From: Candidatus Zixiibacteriota bacterium
Lineage (GTDB): Bacteria > RBG-13-66-14 > B26-G2 > WVWN01
DNA: 64,000 bases
NCBI GenBank assembly: GCA_050117845.1
Contig: JASFLY010000004.1
Span: 32,001-96,000, forward strand
Reading direction: 5' to 3'
Shown: positions 16,860 through 25,308 of the stretch, piece by piece
Layout of the letters: each line of letters starts with the position of its first letter
How positions within the stretch are numbered: position 1 is the first letter of the stretch
Notes under the pieces: model-generated
The model's database searches: none
What the model saw: the letters and a program-made list of their open reading frames with translations, nothing else
What the model was told of the DNA's origin: nothing
Position numbers and translations under genes: made by a program

Positions 16860-19403
16860 ATGTGTAGATTTGTAATCGCCACGGTGGCGGTTGCCGCGGC
16901 CGTCGTATCCGCGCACGCTTTATCCGGCGACCTGGTCGTCTTATCGGATAGAGCGGTCCAGCCGAACGACGCGGCCGGCCTGTATTACCTCGGCAAATGC
17001 TCCGCCGGTTATATATACAACGGTTCCGCGGCCACCCTCGGCGCGGTTTCCCCCTATCGGGTGCTGGACGAGGGCGCCCGGGCCAAGCACTACTTTCTCC
17101 TTACGCCGCCGGAACGTACGGCGTTGACGGCCGCCGACATGGCGGCGGCGGGGTCCGTGCAGCCACTGGGAGACGAATACCTGCTGGGGGTCGCGCGAGC
17201 GTCGAGCGTCGGCCTGCTGCTCGCATTGGAGCCGCGGCTGGGCGTTCGGGAACTCCGGCCGGGGGCGCGGGTCCCATGGAAGGCCGCGGCCGAAGCGCCC
17301 CCGACGAAGAAGAACGCCACCGTCGAGGCCGCCATCAACACTATTACGGGGGAGGATTACGCCGGATACATCGCCAAACTCCAGTCGTACCGGACGCGCT
17401 ACTCGTTCACGCCCGGCGCCGAGGGCGCTCGGAACTGGCTCCGCAATTGGTACGCGGCGCAGAACCTGGACGCCGACTGGCACGCCTTCGAGTGCGGCTA
17501 CTACGAGTCGGCCCATTACCCGGAGGCCGGCGGCAGCGTCTACCTGGACGACCGCCATTGCCTGGTTCGCCGCTCCCGGGACGGCGGCGCGAGTTGGGAC
17601 ACGCTCCGGCCGGCCCGGGCTACCGCCGGCTACTATAAGTCGCCGTCTTGCTACTGGTTCGACGACGATAATGGTATATTCGCGGGGATCGACGGTTACG
17701 TCGCGCTGACGGCGGACGGCGGCGATTCCTGGGAGTTCGTAAAATACCACTCCATATCAGCCGGCGGCTTCATCTCCGTCCGAGGCCTCGATTTCGCGCC
17801 GTCCGGTATCGGGTGGTTAAGCTACATCGCAGCCGAAAGGATCGGTAACCAGGGCCCGCTTACCCGGTATTACCACGTGCTGAAAACCGTGGACGGCGGC
17901 CGTAGTTGGAACGAGGTCGAGTGGAACATGCTCTTGCCCGGTTTCGACCGTCTGGCAACGTACGACGAACGGCGGATGTGGGCATTACGATATAACGCAA
18001 CCGCCGGTACATATTTTTATTACTCCGGCGACGGCGGCGGGAATTGGGCCGCGTGCTCCCTCCCGGTTGGGTCGGGCAGCTACGTATACGACGCCGCGGC
18101 GGTCGGGCCGCGGGAAGCGTGGGGCGGTACTTCCGCCGGCCACGTCGTCCGCACGACGAACGGCGTGGATTGGCAGGACGTGGATACGGGGTACACCGGG
18201 ATTTTCCTGCAGGTGGAATTCCCGACGCCCGATATAGGTTATATCGCGGGCACGCCGGTAATTAAGACCGAGGACGGCGGCGAGACCTGGACGCCGTTGG
18301 CCGGCCTCCCGGAATTCATGTGTTTCAATATGTCTTTCGCCGACGCAGAGCACGGCGTAATCGCCGACCGTTACGGCGAGAACGTCTATCTCACGGAGGA
18401 CGGCGGGGAAACCTGGACGGATATCTCCGGCGGCCTTAACGCACCGGAGTACAACGTCGTGGCGGAGCGCCGCGGCACCGAGCGGCCCGACGAAATAGTG
18501 ATAATCGGCGGCCACTACGACTCGATATCCGAGGCCCGGCCGTGGAACTGTCCGGGGGCGGACGATAACGCTTCCGGGGCGGCGGTCGCGATGGCGGCGG
18601 CGCGGGCCTTCCGCAACGTCAGCTTCGAGCGGACCGTGCGTTTCATGGGCTTCGGCGACGAGGAAGCGGGGTGTTTGGGCAGCGAGGCCTACGCGAACGA
18701 GTGCGCGGAGAAGGGCGAAAATATAATTGCCGTCCTGAACGCCGATATGGTGGCGTACGACGAGGAAGAGGGGGGCCGGGACGACTTTATAACCGACGTC
18801 GGCGAGTACGGCTGGCTGGCGGAGTACTTGATCGCCGTCGGCGCCATGTACGGAAACAACCTGATTTACGAGAGCGGGACCTCGGGCAGCGATCACCTCT
18901 CGTTCCGGGACGCCGGTTACGCGGCGATGGGAACCGGCGAAGGCGGCGTCGGCGAGGGCGGGAGCCAGGAGAACCCCTGGTACCACTCGACCGAAGACAC
19001 GCTCGACAAGCTGGACGCCGACCTGGCCGCCCGTTGCGCTCGCGACCTCGCGGCCATGGTGGCCCACCTCGCCGGCGAGGCCGGGACGTTCCCGGATCCG
19101 CCGGGCCCCGGCGAGGCCGCCGTGCCCTTCGCCCGGGCGTTCGCCGTCTACCCGAACCCCTACTGCTACGCGTCCACGGCCTCCGCGGGCGTGAGGTTCG
19201 TGGGCCTTAGCACCCCCGCGAAAGTGGAAATATACGACCTGGCGGGCCGGCGCGTGGCCCGGTGGGACGTGGCCGCCGGGACCGACGAGTATTCGTGGCG
19301 GCCGGCGACGGCCGGCGGCGCGGCCCTCGCGGCCGGCGTCTACCTCTACCACGTATCGGGCGAGGGCCAGGAGGAAACGGGTAAAATCGCCGTTATTAAA
19401 TAG
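16860..19403 (+). CDS. Secreted M28-family peptidase #6 (type B') with propeller insert and T9SS-like CTD
   Basis: GGHYDS, GADDNASG, GDEEAG, NADM, SDH, WYHSTED. Same length (847 aa) as #4. Confidence 0.85.
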   Translation: MCRFVIATVAVAAAVVSAHALSGDLVVLSDRAVQPNDAAGLYYLGKCSAGYIYNGSAATLGAVSPYRVLDEGARAKHYFLLTPPERTALTAADMAAAGSVQPLGDEYLLGVARASSVGLLLALEPRLGVRELRPGARVPWKAAAEAPPTKKNATVEAAINTITGEDYAGYIAKLQSYRTRYSFTPGAEGARNWLRNWYAAQNLDADWHAFECGYYESAHYPEAGGSVYLDDRHCLVRRSRDGGASWDTLRPARATAGYYKSPSCYWFDDDNGIFAGIDGYVALTADGGDSWEFVKYHSISAGGFISVRGLDFAPSGIGWLSYIAAERIGNQGPLTRYYHVLKTVDGGRSWNEVEWNMLLPGFDRLATYDERRMWALRYNATAGTYFYYSGDGGGNWAACSLPVGSGSYVYDAAAVGPREAWGGTSAGHVVRTTNGVDWQDVDTGYTGIFLQVEFPTPDIGYIAGTPVIKTEDGGETWTPLAGLPEFMCFNMSFADAEHGVIADRYGENVYLTEDGGETWTDISGGLNAPEYNVVAERRGTERPDEIVIIGGHYDSISEARPWNCPGADDNASGAAVAMAAARAFRNVSFERTVRFMGFGDEEAGCLGSEAYANECAEKGENIIAVLNADMVAYDEEEGGRDDFITDVGEYGWLAEYLIAVGAMYGNNLIYESGTSGSDHLSFRDAGYAAMGTGEGGVGEGGSQENPWYHSTEDTLDKLDADLAARCARDLAAMVAHLAGEAGTFPDPPGPGEAAVPFARAFAVYPNPYCYASTASAGVRFVGLSTPAKVEIYDLAGRRVARWDVAAGTDEYSWRPATAGGAALAAGVYLYHVSGEGQEETGKIAVIK

Positions 19404-19479
19404 GCGATATTGGGGATAGCTCGCGTAATAGGCAAGGGCCGGCCTCTCGGGCCGTCTGCCGATTATTTCGCGGAAAAAT

Positions 19480-19507
19480 TTGCTAATTCTTACTAGTCTG
19501 CTATAAT
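19480..19507 (+). promoter_or_regulatory. Putative sigma70-type promoter of M28 #7
   Basis: TTGCTA-16 nt-TATAAT with extended -10 TG-c-TATAAT. Confidence 0.6.
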
Positions 19508-19515
19508 TAAGAGGC

Positions 19516-21678
19516 GTGATAACCCCCAAATTACGAACCATGTTGAATCTGAGCGTAAAGGCGGCGGTCGGCGCCGCCATTATATTCTGTATATCTTTGC
19601 CGGCCTACGGCGACGAACCGCCCCCCGAAGGCCGCGACGGCGCCATCAGTTCGGCGCTCGACGGCATTACGAACAACGGGATACGGGCCTACGTCGAGGA
19701 CCTTCAAGGTTTCAAGACGCGTTATTCGTATATGCCCGGGTGCGACGAGGCCCGGGATTATATCGAGCAGCGGCTGGAATCCTGGGGGTATCGTACGCGG
19801 GTGCAGCAGTTCCCGGGAGGCCGCCTCGCCGGCAGCCGCTGGGGCGACGGCGGGAACAGCGCCTGGGTAATGACCGAGGGATGTACCCTCTTCCACACGG
19901 ACGACGGCGGCGTTGACTGGGTCCGGCAGGTCCCCGCCGCTCCCGGTTACCTCTACGACGTCCATTTCGTCGACGAGTCGGTGGGTTACGCGGCTTGCGG
20001 CGGGGGCGTCGTGGCCGCGACGACGGACGGCGGCATGACCTGGGAGAACCTCACGGTCGAAGCCGGAAGCGAGGACGCGTTCCGGGCGGTTTACTTCCGG
20101 GAGGCCGACGTCGGATGGGCGGCCTGTTTCCACGGGGCCGAAGCGCGAATATACCGCACCGCCGACGGCGGCCTGGAATGGACGGCGCAATCCCTGCCCC
20201 AGTACGGGTGCCCCCATATCATATCGTTCGGCGACCTCGAGTGCGGCTGGGCCGTCCCCGGTTCGTACGAGGATGCCGTCGTTTACCGTACGGTGAACGG
20301 CGGCGCGAATTGGGAACTGCAGGATTTCCCGGTCCCGCCGGCGAGCGTTAAGTCCTTCGTCGCCCTCGACGGCGCGGTGGCCTGGGCGGCGTACGGCGGC
20401 TCGAGCCTGCTTTACACCCGGGACGGCGGGGAGACCTGGCTGCGCACGCCCGAATTTTCCTCGCACGTCCTGACGGCGGTGGCCTTCGCCGGCCCCAAGG
20501 TGGGGTACGCCGCCGGCAACGAGGTAATCTACAAGACGGATGACGGCGGCCTGTCGTGGTACGCGCTCGAAGGCGCGCCTCTCGAGTTTTGGGGCGACGT
20601 GGCCTTCGGCGACGAGGACCACGGCCTTTTAATCGACCTTTACGGCCGCGAGCTCTACCTGACGAGCGACGGCGGCGCAAGTTTCGAGCGGATTAACTCC
20701 CGCGTCGATTTGTCGTGGGAGAACATTATCGCCGAGCGCCGCGGTACGGTCGCCCCGGATGAAATAGTCCTGATGGGCGCCCATTACGACTCGACTTCCG
20801 ACCGTCCCGCCGTAAGCGCCCCGGGCGCCGACGCCGCCGGCGCGGGGGTCGCCGCCGCGTTGGCCGCGGCGGAAGTTTTCCGCGACCTGCCCGTCGACCG
20901 GACGCTGCGCTTCGTCTTCTTCGGCGGGGCCGAACAGGGCTATCTCGGCAGCCGGGCCTACGCCGAGGAGGCCTCCGCCAAGGACGAGGACATAATAGCC
21001 GCCGTGCTCATGGACATGATCGGCTACGACGAGGACGCGGGAGGCCGGGACGACGCCATAATCCGCATCAGCGGCTCTTCCATATGGCTCGCCGACCACG
21101 TCGGCGCCGTAGGCGGCATCTATAACACGAAGATGCTTTTCGATTACCAACTGAACGGCGGGGCCGGCGACCACGTCCCGTTCTGGGACGCCCGCTACGA
21201 TTCCATCGGCTTTTTCGAGGGCGGCCCGGAGTCGGAGAGCGAATCGACGTACCCCTATTACCACACGGCCGAGGACACGCTCGACAAATTGACCGTGCCG
21301 CTGGTAACCCGTACGGCCCGGACGGCCGCCGCCGTCGTGGGCCACCTCGCCCGTTCGGACTATATCGGCGTCGAGGATCCCCCCACGACCGCGGATACCG
21401 CTCCCCGGGTAGCGAGGCCCTTCGCCGTTTATCCCAATCCCTTCCGCTACGCCGCGGCCGCGGGCCTCACATTCACGGGCGTTTCCTCCCCCGCGACCGT
21501 CGCCGTCTACGACGTGGCCGGCCGCCGTATCGCCTCGTGCGAGGTTCCGGCCGGCGCCGAGGACTTCCGGTGGCGGCCGGCGCGGCCCGGCGGCGAGCCG
21601 CTCGGCCCGGGGGTCTATATATATCGCGTATCAGGCCGGGATCAGCTCGAGGTCGGGAAGGTCGTCGTCGATCGCTAA
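19516..21678 (+). CDS. Secreted M28-like protein #7, probably catalytically inactive, with propeller insert and T9SS-like CTD and no N-terminal pro-region
   Basis: GAHYDS, MDM and YYHTAED are kept, but GADDNASG is GADAAGAG and GGEE is GGAE. Alternative start ATG 19540. Confidence 0.8.
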   Translation: MITPKLRTMLNLSVKAAVGAAIIFCISLPAYGDEPPPEGRDGAISSALDGITNNGIRAYVEDLQGFKTRYSYMPGCDEARDYIEQRLESWGYRTRVQQFPGGRLAGSRWGDGGNSAWVMTEGCTLFHTDDGGVDWVRQVPAAPGYLYDVHFVDESVGYAACGGGVVAATTDGGMTWENLTVEAGSEDAFRAVYFREADVGWAACFHGAEARIYRTADGGLEWTAQSLPQYGCPHIISFGDLECGWAVPGSYEDAVVYRTVNGGANWELQDFPVPPASVKSFVALDGAVAWAAYGGSSLLYTRDGGETWLRTPEFSSHVLTAVAFAGPKVGYAAGNEVIYKTDDGGLSWYALEGAPLEFWGDVAFGDEDHGLLIDLYGRELYLTSDGGASFERINSRVDLSWENIIAERRGTVAPDEIVLMGAHYDSTSDRPAVSAPGADAAGAGVAAALAAAEVFRDLPVDRTLRFVFFGGAEQGYLGSRAYAEEASAKDEDIIAAVLMDMIGYDEDAGGRDDAIIRISGSSIWLADHVGAVGGIYNTKMLFDYQLNGGAGDHVPFWDARYDSIGFFEGGPESESESTYPYYHTAEDTLDKLTVPLVTRTARTAAAVVGHLARSDYIGVEDPPTTADTAPRVARPFAVYPNPFRYAAAAGLTFTGVSSPATVAVYDVAGRRIASCEVPAGAEDFRWRPARPGGEPLGPGVYIYRVSGRDQLEVGKVVVDR

Positions 21679-21713
21679 GGGCCGCCGCGGCGCGCATGGA
21701 ATAACCGTTGCAG

Positions 21714-21738
21714 GTCGGGGAACGCCCCGGCTTTTTTT
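21714..21738 (+). terminator. Rho-independent terminator ending the M28 array
   Basis: GTCGGGG-AACG-CCCCGGC-TTTTTTT. Confidence 0.75.
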
Positions 21739-21834
21739 CTTGCTATTTAAGCCGTACTTGTATAGTATCAGAAATAAGTTGAAACGTAGCGGCCGCCGCC
21801 TCACTCTCTCCCCGAGGCGCGCCGGGGACAACTC

Positions 21835-22335
21835 ATGAACGGAAAAACGGTAATAGCCCTTTATCCGGGCACGTTCGATCCCGTCACGTACGGCCACCTC
21901 GACATCGCCGAGAGGTGCGTCCGCATCTTCGACGGCCTTATAATCGGCATTGCCGTGAATCCCCACAAAGAGCCGCTCTTCGACGTCGAACAGCGGATGG
22001 AAATGCTCCGGGAGGTTACGTCCCACCTGCCGGACGTGGAGATAGACAGCTTCGATTGCCTGACGGTCGATTACGCCCGGCGGCGCGGCGCCTCGGTCAT
22101 CGTGCGGGGCCTCCGGGCCGTTTCCGATTTCGAGGAGGAGTTCAAAATGGCCTCCGCGAACCGGAAACTGGCCGACGAGATAAATACCGTTCTGATGCTG
22201 CCGTCCGAGAAATATTTCTACCTCAACTCGAGCCTCGTCAAGGAGATAGGTCGCCTCGGCGGGCCGGTGAGTTGCTTCGTACCGCCGGTGGTGGAGGAGC
22301 GCCTGCGAGAGAAGCTGGCGGCCGGGAAATATTGA
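21835..22335 (+). CDS. coaD: Phosphopantetheine adenylyltransferase
   Basis: YPGTFDPVTYGHLDI, IVRGLRAVSDFE.E, SSLVKEI..LGG.VS.FVP. Confidence 0.97.
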   Translation: MNGKTVIALYPGTFDPVTYGHLDIAERCVRIFDGLIIGIAVNPHKEPLFDVEQRMEMLREVTSHLPDVEIDSFDCLTVDYARRRGASVIVRGLRAVSDFEEEFKMASANRKLADEINTVLMLPSEKYFYLNSSLVKEIGRLGGPVSCFVPPVVEERLREKLAAGKY

Positions 22336-22336
22336 G

Positions 22337-22798
22337 ATGAAGGAAGAAGAATATCTGGAAGGCGGGGCGTTCCACACCATCGTCGTCAGCACCGACGGGA
22401 CGCAGTTCGCGTTGCGCGCCGTCGAGGTGGCCTTCAGGCTGGCCAAAAGGGACCGGGCCAAATTAATAGTAATCTCGGTTATAGACACCTCGGTCCTCGC
22501 CGATTTCTCGGGCGAGTCGAAACGCCAGCGGGAGAAGATGGAGCGGGAGCTGGAGTACAACGCCGAGGAGGCCGTGGCGAAGGTGGGCAAGATGGCCACG
22601 GCGGAAGGCGTGGACGCGGAGATGATAGTTAAGCGAGGCCGGCCCCACATCGAAATTACCACCGCCGCGACCCAGGCCGAGGCCGACCTCGTCGTAATAA
22701 GCAAGCGGAGCGGATACCGCACCGGCCGTCACCCCGTGGGCAGCGTCACCCAGCGCGTCGTCGAGGACGCCGATTGCGCCGTTCTCATCGTCCCGTAA
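22337..22798 (+). CDS. Universal stress protein (UspA family)
   Basis: IVVSTDGT...GRPHIEI..AA....ADLVVI....G...VGSVTQRVV..ADCAVLIVP. Confidence 0.9.
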   Translation: MKEEEYLEGGAFHTIVVSTDGTQFALRAVEVAFRLAKRDRAKLIVISVIDTSVLADFSGESKRQREKMERELEYNAEEAVAKVGKMATAEGVDAEMIVKRGRPHIEITTAATQAEADLVVISKRSGYRTGRHPVGSVTQRVVEDADCAVLIVP

Positions 22799-22819
22799 GC
22801 GGCCGGCCGGGATTTTCGC

Positions 22820-22848
22820 TTGACACAAAATTGGACCATTGGTAAACT
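22820..22848 (+). promoter_or_regulatory. Sigma70-type promoter of the phnD-like/lipid operon
   Basis: TTGACA-17 nt-TAAACT with TG-g extension; supports the ATG 22893 start. Confidence 0.65.
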
Positions 22849-22892
22849 TTCGTCGTACCCTGGGCCTAATTCCACCTACGGGAGCGAGAACT

Positions 22893-23807
22893 ATGAAGCG
22901 GTTGGTAGCGTTCGCGGTAGTGGCAGGATTGGTAATCCCCTTGGCGGCGACCGTCGGCTGCCGGGGCGGCAAGAGTTCGGCGGAGATGGAACCGTTGGTC
23001 GTAATGCTCGGGCCGACCTTCGACCCGGCGACGGCCTCCAAGCAGTTCGAACCGCTGGCGGGATACCTCGAGGAGCAGGTAGGCCAGCCGTTCAAGTTCG
23101 TACCCACGAAGTCGCGCGACGAGTTTTCGGCGGAGGTGAAGGACGGCAAGGCCTCCTTCGTCTACGCCAACCCGTTGGACTACGCCGAGGTTGCGGACGC
23201 CTGCATCATCTTGACCAAGGCCAGTTACCCCAATACCGGTTCGATGGTGCAGGGCTGTATCATCGTCGCGGAGGGCGAGGCCATAAAGATCCGGGACGTA
23301 TCCGAGCTCAAGGGCGCTTCTATTATGATAGTCTCCGATAGTTCGCTCGGCGGATATCTATCTCAGAAGATGTTCTTCGACCGGAGCGAGCTCGACCTCG
23401 ACCTCGACTTCGATCTCCGCACGGCGCCGAACGGGACGGCCGAGGAAGTCATCGCCGCGGTGGCGGCGGGCGAGGTCGAGTACGGCTGCGTGCCTATAGA
23501 CTTCTACCCGGAACGCAAACCCTACAAGGGGACCGAGGTTCTGACCATATCGGAGAAGGTTCCGGTCGAGGCCTTCGGCTTCGTCGAGATGGGCGGCGAC
23601 AAGATGCTGGGCGGGAAAGTGCGCGACGTCCTGAAGGATATCCCGAAGGACGATCCTATCTTGAAACCGCTCGGCATCGAGAATTTCAGCCTGGCGACGG
23701 CCGCGGAATACGACATAGTCACGAACTACCTCGCGCAGGATAAAATCGACAAGGCGCAACGTTTGTCCTCCGAGGTGCCGGCCGAAACCGGCGAATCGGG
23801 AAATTAG
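22893..23807 (+). CDS. PhnD/SsuA-like substrate-binding lipoprotein (phosphate/phosphonate type)
   Basis: Signal ending in ...TVG-C. PLAGYLEEQVG, ANPLDY, ELKG, SSLGGYL, VIAAV..GEV.YG pattern. Confidence 0.7.
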   Translation: MKRLVAFAVVAGLVIPLAATVGCRGGKSSAEMEPLVVMLGPTFDPATASKQFEPLAGYLEEQVGQPFKFVPTKSRDEFSAEVKDGKASFVYANPLDYAEVADACIILTKASYPNTGSMVQGCIIVAEGEAIKIRDVSELKGASIMIVSDSSLGGYLSQKMFFDRSELDLDLDFDLRTAPNGTAEEVIAAVAAGEVEYGCVPIDFYPERKPYKGTEVLTISEKVPVEAFGFVEMGGDKMLGGKVRDVLKDIPKDDPILKPLGIENFSLATAAEYDIVTNYLAQDKIDKAQRLSSEVPAETGESGN

Positions 23808-23812
23808 CACTA

Positions 23813-24418
23813 TTGCGAGCATTTCATGATTTCGGCCGGCGGATCGGCGAAAAACTAATCTATCCGCCGGCCCGTTTAATCGGTCGCCTGGGCATAGACC
23901 CGATGGTCTTCACGCTCGGCGGTTTTGGTTTGGCCGTCGGCGCGGGCGTGGCCTTCGGGTTCGGCCTGTTTCGCCTCGGCGCCTGTCTCGTCCTGGCAGC
24001 CGGCCTGGCCGACATGGTGGACGGCGCGGTCGCCCGGGTCAACGAGCGCGGCAGCGAGTTCGGCGCTTTCATGGACTCGGTCGTCGACCGCTACAGCGAG
24101 GCCGCGTACTTAACGGGCCTGATTTACTTCTACGCGGCCGCAGCCGACGCTACGATGACGCTCCTCGCGGCCCTGGTGCTCAGCGGGTCGGTTTTCGTCT
24201 CGTACACCAAGGCCCGGGCCGAGTGCTTTATAGAAAGTTGCAAGGTCGGCATTATGGAGCGGCCGGAGCGCGTGATACTGCTCGCGCTCGGCTACCTGGT
24301 GGGCGGATACGGCCCCTTCGTGGCCCTACTCCTGCTGGCTGTCCTGTCGCAATTCACGGCTATTCAGCGTATCTGGTATACGCGCGGCCGGCTGCTTTCG
24401 CGGAAACCCCGCAAGTGA
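23813..24418 (+). CDS. CDP-alcohol phosphatidyltransferase (phosphatidyl/archaetidyl-inositol phosphate synthase-like)
   Basis: DMVDGAVAR...GAFMDSVVDRYSE motif; SYTKARAE...GIMERPERV. Confidence 0.88.
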   Translation: MRAFHDFGRRIGEKLIYPPARLIGRLGIDPMVFTLGGFGLAVGAGVAFGFGLFRLGACLVLAAGLADMVDGAVARVNERGSEFGAFMDSVVDRYSEAAYLTGLIYFYAAAADATMTLLAALVLSGSVFVSYTKARAECFIESCKVGIMERPERVILLALGYLVGGYGPFVALLLLAVLSQFTAIQRIWYTRGRLLSRKPRK

Positions 24419-24443
24419 CGGCCGGCGGGGCGGCATTGACTGC

Positions 24444-25304
24444 ATGACCAAAGAGCGAAATCCCAACGTCGCGGTCATCGGCTTCCTGCGGCTGATGCGG
24501 CCCGCGGATTGGGCCGTGGCCTTCGCCGGAGCGGCCCTCGGGGCCCGGCTGGCCGGGGCGCCCCCGGCGGTCTCGATAACGCCCGTCGCCGCGGCCGTCG
24601 CGGCGGTAATCGCGGGGGCCTTCGTTAACGGCGACTGGCTCCACCGCCGGACGCGTCTTTTGGCGTCCCCCGGCAATCCCATCGCCCGCGGCCTGGTGCG
24701 GCCCGGCGAGGCGAAGTGGCTGGGTTTCATCCTGATGGCCGTCGGCCTGGCCGGGGCCGCGTTTTTCGGCCTTCGCACTTTCGCCGCCGCACTCTTTACG
24801 GCGGCTTTTATATTACTGGTCAATTACTTTTTCGATAAAACCTATTTCATGCGAAACGTGCTCGCCGCGGTCGTCGTGATAATGCCCCTTACGTACGGGT
24901 GGCTGGCGGCGGGCGGCGACGCCGAGCCGCCGGTCGTCGCGGCCGTAACCGCGGGCCTCATCGCGATATCGGCCAGCGTTTTCCGCGACGTGGAGACGCG
25001 GCGGGCGGACGAGATAGTGGGCCGGAAGACGGTCGCCAGCGCCGGCGGCCGGTTCCCCGTAATCGTCGCCGGGGCCTTCGCGCTGGCGGCGGTCGTCGTT
25101 TCCGTTATACCTTATTGGACCGGCGATTATTCGCGGCGCTACGTCGCGCTCGTTGCGGCCGTGGGCGGCCTTATGTTATTTTACGCCGTTTTGAACCTCC
25201 GTCGCCGCGAGCCCGATCCGCTTTTCGCCGCGTCCACGGCCCGCATGATGAAGTTTCTGATATTCGTCTACTTCGCCGGCGTGTACTGGGAGACGTTGGC
25301 CTGA
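24444..25304 (+). CDS. UbiA-family prenyltransferase, DGGGP-synthase-like, with degenerate Asp-rich motifs
   Basis: LRLMRP; P.NPIARG.V...EA; RDVETRRADEIVGRKT; multiple TM helices. Confidence 0.7.
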   Translation: MTKERNPNVAVIGFLRLMRPADWAVAFAGAALGARLAGAPPAVSITPVAAAVAAVIAGAFVNGDWLHRRTRLLASPGNPIARGLVRPGEAKWLGFILMAVGLAGAAFFGLRTFAAALFTAAFILLVNYFFDKTYFMRNVLAAVVVIMPLTYGWLAAGGDAEPPVVAAVTAGLIAISASVFRDVETRRADEIVGRKTVASAGGRFPVIVAGAFALAAVVVSVIPYWTGDYSRRYVALVAAVGGLMLFYAVLNLRRREPDPLFAASTARMMKFLIFVYFAGVYWETLA

Positions 25305-25308
25305 GCTT

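Larger units (their letters stand above)
14232..19403 (+). repeat. Copy 2 of the ~5.2 kb tandem duplication
   Basis: Hairpin AGGGCCGTCC-CCGC-GGGCGGCCCT, GGGTCTTGACG promoter, AAGGAGGT-x-GGATGTC-start, type A gene, AAGGAGAGGATATG, type B gene. Confidence 0.8.
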
